Assembly: GCA_030390025.1 (NCBI GenBank)
Contig: JASTWF010000036.1
Location: forward strand, 1,984,001 to 2,048,000
Direction: 5' to 3'
DNA length: 64,000 nt
Source: Squalus acanthias
Taxonomy: Eukaryota
Positions 13,007 through 24,265 of the stretch are shown piece by piece. How positions within the stretch are numbered: the first letter of the stretch is position 1; each line of letters starts with the position of its first letter. Below the pieces are notes generated by a model. That model saw nothing but the letters and a program-made list of their open reading frames with translations. It was not told where the DNA came from and made no database searches. Both the position numbers and the translations under genes were made by a program.

Positions 13007-13999
13007 AAATTAAATAAATCTGTTGGACTATAACCTGGTGTTGTGCGACTTCTCATTTTTGTCCTTTCTTAAATAGCGGGGTTACATTTGCTATCCTCCA
13101 ATCTGCAGGAACCGTTCCAGAATCTATCGAATTTTGGAAGATGACAACCAATGTGTCCACTATTCCAATGGCCACCTCTTTCAAAACCCTAGGATGTAGG
13201 TCATCCGGTCCTTGGGATTTATCGACTTTTAGTCCCATTAATTTTGCTAGTACTGTTTTTTTACGAATAATAATTTCTTTAAGTTCCTCATTCTCGTCAC
13301 ACCCTTGGTTTTCTCTTATTTCTGGGAGGTTTTTTGTGTCTTCCTCCGTGAAGACAGAAACAAAGTATTTATTTAATTTCCATGCCATTTCCTCATTCCC
13401 CAATTAAATTCTCCCGTCTCTGACTGTAAAGGACCTACATTTACCTTCGCCAGTCTTTTCCTTTTCACATACCTATAGAAGCTTTTACAATCCGTTTTTA
13501 TATTTTTCGCTAGTTTGTGCTCATATTCCATTTTCCCTTTCTTTATCAATTTCTTGGTCCCCCTTTGCTGATTTCTAAAAAGATCCCAATCCTCAGGCTG
13601 ACCGCTTTTTCTGGCAACTTTATAAGCTTCCTCCTTTGACTTAATACTAGCTGACATGAAATAATACTGAGTGGCCTGCGGGTGGCGCTGTCCAGGGAGA
13701 GTATAAATATTCGGGCACGGGCCCAGCTTGCGCAGGACATTCTTAACAGGAACTAGTGAAGGACACAACTAGATCTCCATGTTGTAAAACAGTTGATTAA
13801 AGCTTTGTTTAACGCTTAGACCAAGTGCCTAGTAGTTTTCTTACGTCACCTGCTTTAATTTATTTTGTTTGACAGAGATTTAATAGGCTCCATTAAGGTA
13901 AGCTCATTTTCTACAGCGGGATGGAGGCAGCAGTGGGGTCGCGACCTGCCATGGACACTGGCCTCACCGGACCCGCCCAGGTAAAGAAAATTCCAGCCA

Positions 14000-14357
14000 A
14001 TGAAAGTGTTCGATAGGGTAGACGTAGAGAAAATGTTTCCACTTGTGTGGGGGAGACCAGAACTAGGGGCCATCAATATAAGATAATCACTAATAAATCC
14101 AATAGGGAATTCAGGAGAAACTTCTTTACCCAGAGAGTGGTGAGAATGTGGAACTCGCTACCACAGGGAGTGGCTGAGGCGAATAGCACAGATGCATTTA
14201 AGGAGAATCTAGATAAACACATGAGGGAGAAAGGAATAGAAGGATATGGTGATAGGGTGAGATGAAGAGGGGCGGGAGGAGGCTCGTGTGGAGCATAAAC
14301 ACCGGCACGGACCAGTTGGGCCGAATGGCCTGTTTCTGTGCTGTAGACTCGATGTAA
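14000..14357 (+). mobile_element. CR1 3' fragment (continuation of ~7033-7064)
   Basis: RRNFFTQRVVRMWNSLP...MREKGIEGY plus 3' tail. Confidence 0.9.
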
Positions 14358-14476
14358 GTAAATTGGGTAAGTGGGCTCTGGAATGTAGGGTTGCTAATGA
14401 AGTTGCTGGCTGCTCACTTGAATGATGCACAGTCAGAGATTGCAGTCCTGGCTGTTCACCAGCTCTCACACACAAC

Positions 14477-14612
14477 GGGGGGCATTTTAACTTTGGACGA
14501 AAGTGTGAAACGGGCGATATCGGATCAGCCGCCCATTATACGCCACTCCCGATTTTCGATTCCATTGAAGTCAACCCGTTTTACACTATTGCCAAAAGTT
14601 AAAATGGCCCCC
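14477..14612. mobile_element. ~135-bp MITE
   Basis: TIRs gggggcattttaactttgg / ccaaaagttaaaatggccccc. Confidence 0.65.
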
Positions 14613-14959
14613 ATTGTGTGAGAGTCATGTTAGACCTCCAAAAACAAAATGAGGGTCAAATTGGCCCATGTGTCAAATCCTGGACGATGTGCACTAGCCT
14701 CCCATTGAAATTAGACGTTAAGAGGCCAGTTAGGTTTTGGCCTGTAACCGATGGATTGCTTAAAGTCGGACTGCTGGACACTGTTGAATTGCAGTTGACT
14801 TCAAAGTTCTGGGGATTGATAGCAGTGGTCCCCTCTTACTAGATTTGACAGAGACAATGAAGAAGGCAAGGGATACCAAGGAGATCTCTACATTGGAGGA
14901 ATGCTTCCCGCACGTGCTGGAGAGTGAACGTGTGGACAGGATTTCAGCCACAGTTGGCT

Positions 14960-16068
14960 AAGAAGAAGAAACAAAGACTTGCATTTCTATAGCACCTTTC
15001 ACAACCTCAGGATGTCCTAAAGCGCTTTACAGCCAATGAAGAACTTTTGAAGTGTCGACTGGAATTTTCTCCATGGAGGTGGGTTGGGGGCGGTGGGGGG
15101 GGCCTCCGAGGCGGGCAGGAAACCCAGGAGGCCGTGTTTCTCGCAGGCCCTGCCAACTTTAACGGCAGGGCCTGATTTGCATGTGAGGCCTTGGATGCAG
15201 AGTAGGAGCGAGGGGTCGGTCCGCGGTAGGGATCACCGGGGGGGGGCAGTCAGGGATCGCAGGAGGGGCTCGGCAGTGGAGGATCGGGGATCACGGAGGC
15301 AGGGGGGGATCGGGGATCGGTAAGGGGGGAGAGAGAATCGGGATAGGCCACCGGAGGATTGTGGCCAGTCTCGGCATCATTGGTAGGATGGGGGAGGGAG
15401 GCCTCATGGTGGGGAGGTCTCCGATCGCGGGGGGTGGGTTAGGTCGGGACCCTGGATCCAGGAGGTAGGTATAAAGCAGTCCCCACCTCAGTTTAACTGC
15501 CGAGTTTCACGGATTGTGTGAAACCCGTCCACAAGCAGTTAAATTCAAAATGGAGGTGAAAATAGAGGCTTCCAGCCTCATTATAATATTTAAATTGAGG
15601 TAACGCCCCCTGTGAGCGGGTTGGTCGCCCGCCCCTGGTCTAAACCGGAAGTGGGCGGGTTGGAGGTGGGATCAGGTCGGGAATCCCATTTCTAACAATT
15701 TAACTGCCCCCACACTCCAAACCCACCTCTTTTTTGTGGGGGAGAATTCCGGCCCTAGTCACTGTTGTAATGTGGGAAACGCGGCAGCCAATTTATGCAC
15801 AGCAAGCTCCCACAAACAGCAATGTGATAATGACCGGATAATCTGTTTTAGTGATGTTGGTTGAGGGATAAATATTGGCCCCAGGACACCGGGGATAACT
15901 CCCCTGCTCTTCTTCAAAATAGCGCCATAGGATCTTTTACGTCCACCTGAGAGAGCAGACGGGGCCTCAGTTTAACGTCTCATCTGAACGACGGCACCTC
16001 TGCACTGGGGAGTGTCAGCCTAGATTCGGTGCTGAAGTCTCTGGAGTGGGACTTGAACCCACAACCTA
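14960..16068 (-). mobile_element. Deu-SINE split by a ~700-bp MITE
   Basis: SINE reads ttttgaagtg...tagtcactgttg across the insert at ~15057-15755. Confidence 0.8.
15057..15755. mobile_element. GC-rich Harbinger-like MITE
   Basis: Ends gactggaattttctcc / ggagaattccggccc; cleanly interrupts a SINE; TSD degenerate. Confidence 0.65.
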
Positions 16069-16516
16069 TGAACGTTGGTGCTCAAGGCTCACACGTGTAC
16101 AATGACCCTTGGCTGCCCGGCAGCTGTGGAGTCATCTTCTGATGAGGGAGTCAACGCCTCCAGGACAGGAGGAAAGAGAATAAGTAAAGGTATTTCTCAG
16201 GAGCTGAATATAGTGCTCGACAATCTGGAGTTTTCATCATACAATCCAATAAGTGCTCCAAGTGCACTGAACCAAAGAATGAATAATTAAATCTGCATTG
16301 AAACCATGATTATTAATCAGGAAACTGTGTGGAATCAGCAGCTCTCCCTGGGTACCTGATGTGTTGAGCACATTGATGTGGCCTTTCTGCCTGTTCTCAG
16401 TGACATTCGCTCTCCGCTTCGACTTTTGAAGAAGAGATTTTAATAGAAAGGGCGCCCCCACCTGGAAGCAGGCTGTCAGAACAGCTCTACACTGGTAAAT
16501 GGGAACACTGCACTAA

Positions 16517-16962
16517 AGAAAGACTTGCATTTCTATAGCGCCTTTCACGACCTCAGGACATCCCAAAGCGCTTTACAGCCAATGAAGTACTTTTGAAGTG
16601 TAGTCACTGCAGCAGCCAATTTGTGCACAGCAAGCTCCCACAAACAGCAACCTGATAATGACCAGATAATCTGTTTTGGTGATGTTGGTTGAGGGATAAA
16701 TATTGGCCCAGGACACCGGGGAAAACTCCCCTGCTCTTCTTCGAAATAGTGCCTGGGGATCTTTTACATCCACCCGAGAGGGCAGACAGGGCCTCAGTTT
16801 CATGTCTCGTCTGAAAGGCGGCACCTCTGACAGTGCAGCACTCCCTCAGTAGGGGACTAGGAGTGTCAGCCTAGATTTTGTGCTCAAATCTCTAGGATGG
16901 GAATGTGAACCCACAGCCTTCTGACTCGGGTGAACGAGCTACCCACTGAGCCACGGCTGACT
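16517..16962 (-). mobile_element. Deu-SINE, full length
   Basis: Reverse complement of 4406-4880. Confidence 0.85.
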
Positions 16963-17419
16963 GAATGCAGACTGATTGGAATTGGATGTCACAAGGGGGA
17001 GATTTTAGCTTATCTCCGGCTAGATGAAGTAAAATGGGCCGAATGGCCTTGCTCAACCGGAATGATCGTGTGATGATAAAAGTAACTAAGGAGCACCTAT
17101 AGGAAGCCAAGGAAGATGGAAACCAGCAAATCCAGATTGGCAGGGGCTGAGTTACAAGGCAGTCAATTAGCTGACTGAATTAACTGAAATAAATACACAG
17201 CAGGATGTCAGCTTCTGTAAAGAGAGATGACAGGTTAACATTTGAGGTTCTAATGTAGGGTCTTCACCTGAACTATTAACTGCTCTCACCTCATTTCAGA
17301 TACTGACAGCCCGCTGTGTACTTCCAGTATTTTCTTGCTTTTATTTCAATCATTTGATGGAACCAACAAAAGACCTTACAATTCACTCTCATTTCTGAGC
17401 TTTGTAATCTGGGTAAAAA

Positions 17420-17872
17420 AGAAAGACTTGCATTTCTCCAACGCCTTTCACAACCTCAGGATGTCCCAAAGCGCTTTACAGCCAATGAAGGACTTTTTGA
17501 AGTGTAGTCACTGTTGTAATGTAGGAAATTGCAGCAGCCAATTTGTGCACAGCAAGCTCCCACAAGCAGCAATGGGACAGTTACCAGATCATATGTTTTC
17601 AGTGATGTTGATTGAGGGATAAATGTTGGTCAGAACTCCGCTGCTCTTCAAATAACACCATGGGATCGTCCACATCCAACTGAGACAGCACCTTGGTTTA
17701 ATGTCTCATCCAACAGACAGCACTCTCTGACAGATGCAGCACTCCCTCAGTGCTACACTGGGAGCATCAACCTAGATTTTTGTACTCGACGTCCACTGGA
17801 GTTGGACTTGAACCACGCAATCACTCCGAGACTCAGAAGGCAGGAGTGCTACCCACTGAGCCACAGCTGACA
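17420..17872 (-). mobile_element. Deu-SINE, older copy
   Basis: Same layout as 4406-4880, more diverged. Confidence 0.8.
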
Positions 17873-18589
17873 CCAGACACACATGCCACTATTTCATTTA
17901 CTGGTACATTTTGCATCAAACAGAAGTGAAACATTGTGACAGCCTTGCAGTCTTCAAGCAGCCTCTGAATCCCCCGTGAATTTGATTACACCTCACACTC
18001 TTCACCCTGGTAAAACCTTGTTCAGACTGCAAGATGTCATTCCCCGAGCAGAGGCAAGCATCAGCAGACGCCCCTCGACCAGATTACACCTGGAAACTCA
18101 ATACAAACCTTCAATTCTCATATTTCGACAGTTTGTGAAAGGCGCTTCATGAATGCAAATCTTGCTTTCTCTATTGTTCCCCATCGTGATCCAATTCAAA
18201 TACTCCCCCTCCTTACGTGACCTGAATTCAGCATTTGGTCTTGGCTACCATGGTACAATGCCGTGGGAGATGGATTCATACTTTTGAAAACCTCTATCAG
18301 ATCCTGCCTTATTTCAGGGAAGAAACCTCCATTTTTTGAGACTTTCTTCATAACTGTAATGTTGGTATCATTCTGGTGAATCTTTGCTGCACCATTTAGA
18401 TGGCTTCTCTAATGGTGTGCACACAATACTTCAACAGCAGCCCAAGCAGTGCCTTGAACAAATGCAACCTTACTTCTTGGCAGTACAAGTTGTAGCATAT
18501 TCCTTCCCCTGTGCAACACAGATATGATTCCCCTGTTCGAATAAACCAAATCTCTTATTGATCCAGGAACATTATATGACTACGTAATA

Positions 18590-18998
18590 TGTCCCACTCC
18601 AGAGACTTGAGCATAAAAATCTGGGCTGACACTCCAGTGCAGCACTGAGGGAGCGCTACACAGTCAGAGGTGCCGTCTTTCGCAGGAGACGTTAAACCGA
18701 GGCCCCGTCTGCTCCCTCAGATGGACGTAAAAGATCCCAGGGCACTATTCCGAAGAAGAGCAGGGGAGTTATCCCTGGTGTCCTGGCCAATATTTATCCC
18801 TCAATCAACATCACTAAAACAGATTATCTGGTCATTATCACATTGTTGTTTCTGGCAGCTTGCTGTGCGCAAATTGGCTGCTGCGTTTCCTACATTGCAA
18901 CAGTGACTACACTTCAAAAGTACTTCATTGGCTGTAAAGAGTTTTCGGATGTCCTGAGGTTGTGAAAGACGCGATAGAAATGCAAGTTCTTTCTTTAT
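18590..18998 (+). mobile_element. Deu-SINE, 5'-truncated
   Basis: Matches 4466-4870. Confidence 0.85.
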
Positions 18999-19049
18999 TG
19001 TCGCATTCACCCGTAAAATGTTAGGGCGAAAATACCGCGAGCGGCCTAC

Positions 19050-20502
19050 AGGGGGTGCTGTGTGTGGGGAGTGCAACCCCTGCCCTGAGGGGGGCGCTGT
19101 GTGTGTGTGCAGTGCAGCCTCCACCCTGAGGGGGGTGCTGTGGTTGGAATGCAGCCTCCGCACTGAGGGGGGCGCTGTGGGGGGAGTGCTGCCTCTGCCC
19201 TGAGAGGGGTACTGTGGGGGGGAGTGCAGCCTCCACCCTTAGAGGGGCGCTGTGGGGGGAGTGGTGCCTCCGCCGTGAGGGGGGATCTGTGGGGGGGAGC
19301 GGTGCCTCCGCCCTGAGGGGGGCGCTGTGTGGGGAGTGCAGCCTCTGCCCTGAGGGGGGCGCTGTGTGGGGAGTGCAGCCTCTGCCCTGAGGGGGGCGCT
19401 GTGTGGGTAGTGCACCCTCCGCCCTGAGAGGATCGCTGTGTGTGTGAGGAGTGCAGCCCCCGCCCTGAAGGGGGCACAGTGGGGGGACCCTGAGGTGGGG
19501 GCTGTGTGTGGGGAGTGCAGCTTCCGCCCTGAGGGGGGCGCTGTGGGGGGAGTGCAGCCTCCGCCCTGAGGGGGGCGCTGTGTGTGGGGGGAGTGCAGCC
19601 TCCTCCCTGAGGGGGGCGCTGTGGGGAGAGTGCAGCCTCTGCCCTGAGGGTGGCGCTGTGTGGAGAGTGCAGCCTCTGCCCTGAGGGCGGCGCTGTGTGT
19701 GTGTGGGGAGTGAAGCCTCTGCCCTGAGGGGGGGGCTGTGTGAGGAGTGCAGCCTGCGCCCTGAGCGTGTCGCTGTGGGGGGAGTGCAGCCTCCGCCCTA
19801 AGGGGGCGCTGTGGGGGGAGTGCAACCTCCGCCCTGAGGGGGGCGTTGTGTGAGGAGTGCAACCTCCGCCCTGACGGGAGGAGCTGTGGGGGAGTGCAGC
19901 CTCCGCCCTGAGGAGTGCACTGTGTGTGGAGTGCAGCCTCCGCCCTGAGGGCGGTGCTGTGTGTGGAGTGCAGCCTCCGCCCTGAGGGTGGTGCTGTGTG
20001 GGTAGTGCCTACTCCGCTCTGAGGGGGGCGCTATGGGGGGAGTGCAGCCTGCGCCCTGAGGTAGGCGCCGTGTGTGTGTGTGGGGAGTGCAGCATCCGCC
20101 CTGAGGGGGGCGCTGTGGGTGTGGGGAGTGCAGCCTCCGCCCTGAGGGGGCGCTGTGGGGGGAGTGCAAATTCCGCCCTGAGGGGGGCGCTGTATGGGGA
20201 GTGCAGCCTCTGCCCTGAGGGGGGCGCTGTGTGAAGAGTGCAGCCTGTGCCCTGAGGTTGTCGCTGTGGGGGGAGTGCAGCCTCCGTCCTGAGGGGGGCG
20301 CTGTGTGAGGAGTGCAGCCTCCGCCCTGAGGGGGGCGCTGTGTGTGTGGGGGGAGTGCAGCCTCCGCCCTGAGGGGACGCTGTGTGAAGAGTGCAGCCTG
20401 TGCCCTGCGGTTGTCGCTGTGGGGGGAGTGCAGCCTCCGTCCTGAGGGGGGCGCTGTGTGAGGAGTGCAGCCTCCGCCCTGAGGGGGGCGCTGTGGGGGG
20501 AG
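19050..20502 (+). repeat. 37-bp G-rich minisatellite, distal block (~39 units)
   Basis: Unit gagtgcagcctccgccctgaggggggcgctgtgtggg with indel variants. Confidence 0.95.
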
Positions 20503-22375
20503 ATCTGTAAGGGAAGATCTCCTTAACCGAGACTCTGTCTTCGACGCGAGTGTCCTCAACTCCATCCCGCAGCATGCTACCCGCCACCATCTCAGCACAA
20601 CCCCAGCCCGGCATGAGGTTGAAAAGGCCATCCGACAACTGAAGAACAACAAGGCCTCAGGAGCAGATGGCATCCCTGCCGAGGCGCTAAAGCATGGCGG
20701 AGAAGCACTACTGGCGCGAATTCATGAACTCATTTCTCTTATCTGGAACGAGGAGAGCATGCCAGGGGATCTCAGAGACGCCGTAATTGTGACCATCTTC
20801 AAGAAAGGTGACAAGTCTGATTGCGATAATTACAGAGGAGTCTCCCTGCTGTCTGCCACAGGGAAAGTCATCGCAAGAATCCTCTTCAATCGCCTTCTCC
20901 CAGTGGCCGAAGAGCTCCTCCCAGAGTCGCAATGCGGATTTACACTAAGGGGCACAATGGACATGATCTTCACCGCGCGTCAATTACAAGAGAAATGCAG
21001 GGAACAGTACCAACCGCTGTACATGGCCGCCTTTGACCTCACAAAGGCCTTCGACACTGTCAACCGTGAGGGATTATGGAGTGTCCTCCTCAAATTCGGC
21101 TGCCCTCAAGTTTGTCACCATCCTCCGCCTGCTTCACGACGACATGCAAGCCGTGATCCTGACCAACGGTTCCACCACAGACCCAATTCACGTACGGACC
21201 GGGGTCAAGCAAGGCTGTGTCATCGCACCAACGCTCTTCTCGATCTTCCTTGCTGCAATGCTCCATCTCACCCTCAGTAAGCTCCCCACTGGAGTGGAGC
21301 TAATTTACAGAACAAACGGGAAACTGTTCAACTTCCGTCGCCTCCAGTCCAGATCCAAGGTCGTCCTATCCTCTGTCGTCGAATTACAGTATGCAGACGA
21401 CGCTTGCGTCTGCGCTCACTCGGAGGCTGAATTCCAAACCATCGTCAACACCTTCACCGAAGCGTACGAGAGCATGGGCCTTACACTAAACATCTGTACG
21501 ACAAAGGTCCTCTACCAACCTGCCCCCGCCACACAGTACGGCCCTCCGATTATCAAAATCCACGACAAGGCCTTGGACAACGTGGACCAATTTCCATACC
21601 TCGGGAGCCTACTGTCAACAAGGGCAGACGTCGATGACGAAGTCCAACACCGCCTTCAGTGTGCCAGTGCAGCCTTCGGTCGCCTGAGGAAGAGAGTGTT
21701 TGAAGACCAGGACCTCAAACCCGGCACTAAGCTCATGGTCTACAGAGCAGCAGTGATACCCGCCCTGCTGTATGCCTCAGAGACATGGACCATGTACAGC
21801 AGGCACTTCAAAGCACTGGAGAGGTACCACCAACGCTGCCTCCGCAAGATCCTGCAAATCCATTGGCAGGATAGGTGCACCAACGTCAGTGTTCTCGCTC
21901 AGGCCAACATCCCCAGCATCGAAGTTTTGACCACGCTCGATCAGCTCCGATGGATGGGTCACATTGTCCGCATGCCCGATACGAGACTCCCAAAACAAGC
22001 GTTCTACTCGGAGCTCCGGCACGGCAAGAGAGCCCCAGGTGGGCAGAGGAAACGCTTCAAGGACACCCTCAAAGCCTCCTTGAAAAAGTGCAACATCCCC
22101 ACTGACACCTGGGAATCCCTGGCCCAAGACTGCACAAAGTGGAGGAGAAGCATCCGGGAAGGCGCCGAACACCTCGCGTCTCTTCGCCGGGAGCAAGTGG
22201 AAGCCAAGCGCAAGGAGCGCACGTCAACCCAAGCACCCCACCCCTTCAACCACCATCTACCCCACCTGTGACAGAGACTGTAGGTCCCGCATTGGACTCA
22301 TCAGTCACCTGAGAACCCATTTTTTAATGTGGAAGCAAGTCATCCTCGGTTCTGAGGGACTGCCTAAGAAGAAGT
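20503..22375 (+). mobile_element. RTE-clade LINE, 5'-truncated, frameshifted
   Basis: KASGADGIPAE, NYRGVSLLS, DLTKAFD, GVKQGCVIAP, QYADD, FPYLGS, RWMGHIVRM; (aag)n tail; flanked by gtggggggag (20493-20502, 22534-22543). Confidence 0.9.
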
Positions 22376-22524
22376 CATGATGCGGAGATGCCGGTGTTGG
22401 ACTGGGGTGGACAAAAATGAGAAGTGGCACAACACCAGGTGAAAGTCCAACAGTTTTATTTAAAATTACGGGCTTTCGGAGCTGCTGCTCCTTCGTCAGG
22501 TAGAGGTACAGTGAGGGAATCTAA
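22376..22524 (-). mobile_element. PLE pLTR terminal fragment with tail
   Basis: TSD taagaagaagt (22365-22375, 22525-22535); terminus shared with 27251-27376. Confidence 0.9.
22467..22502 (-). ncRNA. Hammerhead motif (family 1; stem-III palindrome mutated)
   Basis: rc: tac-CTGACGA-a-ggagc(agca)gctcc-GAA-agcc-c-gta. Confidence 0.7.
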
Positions 22525-22535
22525 TAAGAAGAAGT

Positions 22536-23695
22536 GGGGGGAGTGTATCCTCCGCCCTGAGGGCGGCGCTGTGTGGGGAGTGTATCCTCCGCCCTGAGGG
22601 CGGCGCTGTGTGGGGAGTGCAGCCTCCGCCCTGAGGGGGGGCGCTGTGTGGGGAGTGTATCCTCCGCCCTGAGGGGCGCTGTGGGGGAAGTGCAGCCTCC
22701 GCTCTGAGGTGGGCGCTGTGGGGGGAGTGCAGCCTCCGCTCTGAGGGGGGCGCTGTGGGGGGAGTGCAGCCACCGCCCTGAGGGGGGCGCTGTGTGGGGA
22801 GTGCAGCCTCCTCCCTGAGGGGGGCGCTGTGTGGGGAGTGTATCCTCCGCCCTGAGGGCGGCGCTGTGTGGGGAGTGTATCCTCCGCTCTGAGGGGGGCG
22901 CTGTGGGGGGAGTGCAGCCTCCGCCCTGCGGGGGGCGCTGTGTGGGGAGTGTATCCTCCGCCCTGAGGGGCGCTGTGGGGGGAGTGCAGCCTCCGCCCTG
23001 AGGGGGGCGCTGTGTGGGGAGTGCAGCCTCCTCCCTGAGGGGGGCGCTGTGTGGGGAGTGCAGCCTCCGCTCTGAGGGGGGCGCTGTGGGGGGAGTGCAG
23101 CCTCCGCCCTGCGGGGGGCGCTGTGTGGGGAGTGTATCCTCCGCCCTGAGGGGCGCTGTGGGGGGAGTGCAGCCTCCGCTCTGAGGGGGGCGCTGTGGGG
23201 GAGTGCAGCCTCCGCCCTGAGGGGGGCGCTGTGTGGGGAGTGCAGCCTCCGCCCTGAGGGGGGCGCTGTGTGGGGAGTGTATCCTCCGCCCTGAGGGGGG
23301 GCGCTGTGTGGGGAGTGTATCCTCCGCCCTGAGGGGGGCGCTGTGTGGGGAGTGTATCCTCCGCCCTGAGGGGCGCTGTGGGGGAAGTGCAGCCTCTGCT
23401 CTGTGGTGGGCGCTGTGGGGGGAGTGCAGCCTCCGCCCTGAGGGGGGCGCTGTGTGGGGAGTGCAGCCTCCTCCCTGAGGGGGGCGCTGTGTGGGGAGTG
23501 TATCCTCCGCCCTGAGGGGGGCGCTGTGTGGGGAGTGTATCCTCCGCCCTGAGGGGGGGCGCTGTGTGGGGAGTGTATCCTCCGCCCTGAGGGGGGCGCT
23601 GTGTGGGGAGTGTATCCTCCGCCCTGAGGGGGGCGCTGTGTGGGGAGTGAAGCCTCCGCCCTGAGGGGGGCGCTGTTGGGGGAGTGCAGCCTGCG
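22536..23695 (+). repeat. 37-bp G-rich minisatellite, proximal block (~31 units)
   Basis: Same unit, with frequent gagtgtatcc variant; ends ~50 bp before the SMARCD1 ATG. Confidence 0.95.
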
Positions 23696-24050
23696 CCGGA
23701 AGCTCGGAGAGAGACCGTTTCCGCTGAGAGCGGTTTGCTGCTGCAAGATGGCGGCCCGAGGTTTCCAGACAATGAGCCCGGGCGCGGCGGCGGCCATGGC
23801 AGCGGGGCCTGGGCCTGGTCAAGGACAGCCGCCGGGTCGGATCGCACCCAACCAGCAACAAAACATCTTCCGCTCGGCCATGCCGGGGCAGGGATACCCG
23901 GTGAGTGTTGACCCGGGGGGGCGCTGAGGCGCCATCCGAGCCGGGGGTGAGAACTCTGTCCACGGTGGGGTGAGGAGGGCAGGCGAGGCCCTTCAGACCA
24001 AGGCAGGCCGCAGCCCGGCGCTTGGCCTCCGAGATCTGAGCCAACCCCTT
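23696..24050 (+). promoter_or_regulatory. SMARCD1 CpG-rich promoter/first exon region; ETS (ccggaag, 23696-23702) and YY1 (caagatggcggc, 23744-23755) motifs
   Basis: High CpG density and motif matches; TSS not determinable from sequence. Confidence 0.6.
23748..23900 (+). CDS. SMARCD1: SMARCD1/BAF60A coding exon 1
   Basis: MAARGFQTMSPG...IFRSAMPGQGYP resembles the SMARCD1 N-terminus; Kozak aagATGg; donor gtgagt; phase 0. Confidence 0.9.
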
Positions 24051-24265
24051 GCTGGACAGTTCCTGCAGCCCTGGCTGCTCCAGGGTCTTGCATTGTTCGC
24101 CAGCCCAGAAAGTCACGATGCCTTGGAACTTTTCTTTCCCCCCAAATGTGATTGTCCAGGGCTGGAGAAGGGGTGGTTTGGGTTGCAAATTTTGATTTTT
24201 ACTTTTCAAGCTTTAGGAAACTAATTGCGTTGAAATCGAGGTCTGACTGATGAAAATTGTGAACT

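Larger units (their letters stand above)
10632..13061 (+). mobile_element. Penelope-like retroelement (Neptune-like), 5'-truncated, with 3' pLTR
   Basis: 10-bp TSD tcctttctta (10622-10631, 13062-13071); RT+GIY-YIG ORF; hammerhead-bearing 3' terminus. Confidence 0.95.
9193..13650 (-). mobile_element. 5'-truncated CR1 LINE (ORF2 RT), interrupted by a PLE at 10632-13061
   Basis: ORFs 13053-13403, 9686-10564 ([24 protein letters not shown]), 9290-9673; (ttcttatg)n tail at 9193-9214. Confidence 0.95.
7065..13998. mobile_element. Harbinger-like non-autonomous element inflated by nested insertions
   Basis: TIRs gggctgaattttcc / agaaaattccagcc; TSD aat (7062-7064, 13999-14001). Removing it rejoins a CR1 fragment (gtctttaaggtaat|gaaagtgttcgataggg). 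Confidence 0.7.

Noticed and set aside
19046..20673. Pro/Gly-rich ORFs of 207-291 aa
   Set aside because: Same minisatellite artefact.
21033..22271. 412-aa ORF as a host or domesticated gene
   Set aside because: Frameshifted, 5'-truncated RTE RT with a retrotransposon tail.
19050..23695. CRISPR-like 37-bp periodicity
   Set aside because: Head-to-tail repeats with no unique spacers, no cas genes, vertebrate context.
22456..24209. Long minus-strand ORFs (433-562 aa) antisense to the promoter
   Set aside because: All three frames are open because the 37-bp unit lacks stops on that strand; the product is only repeat translation.
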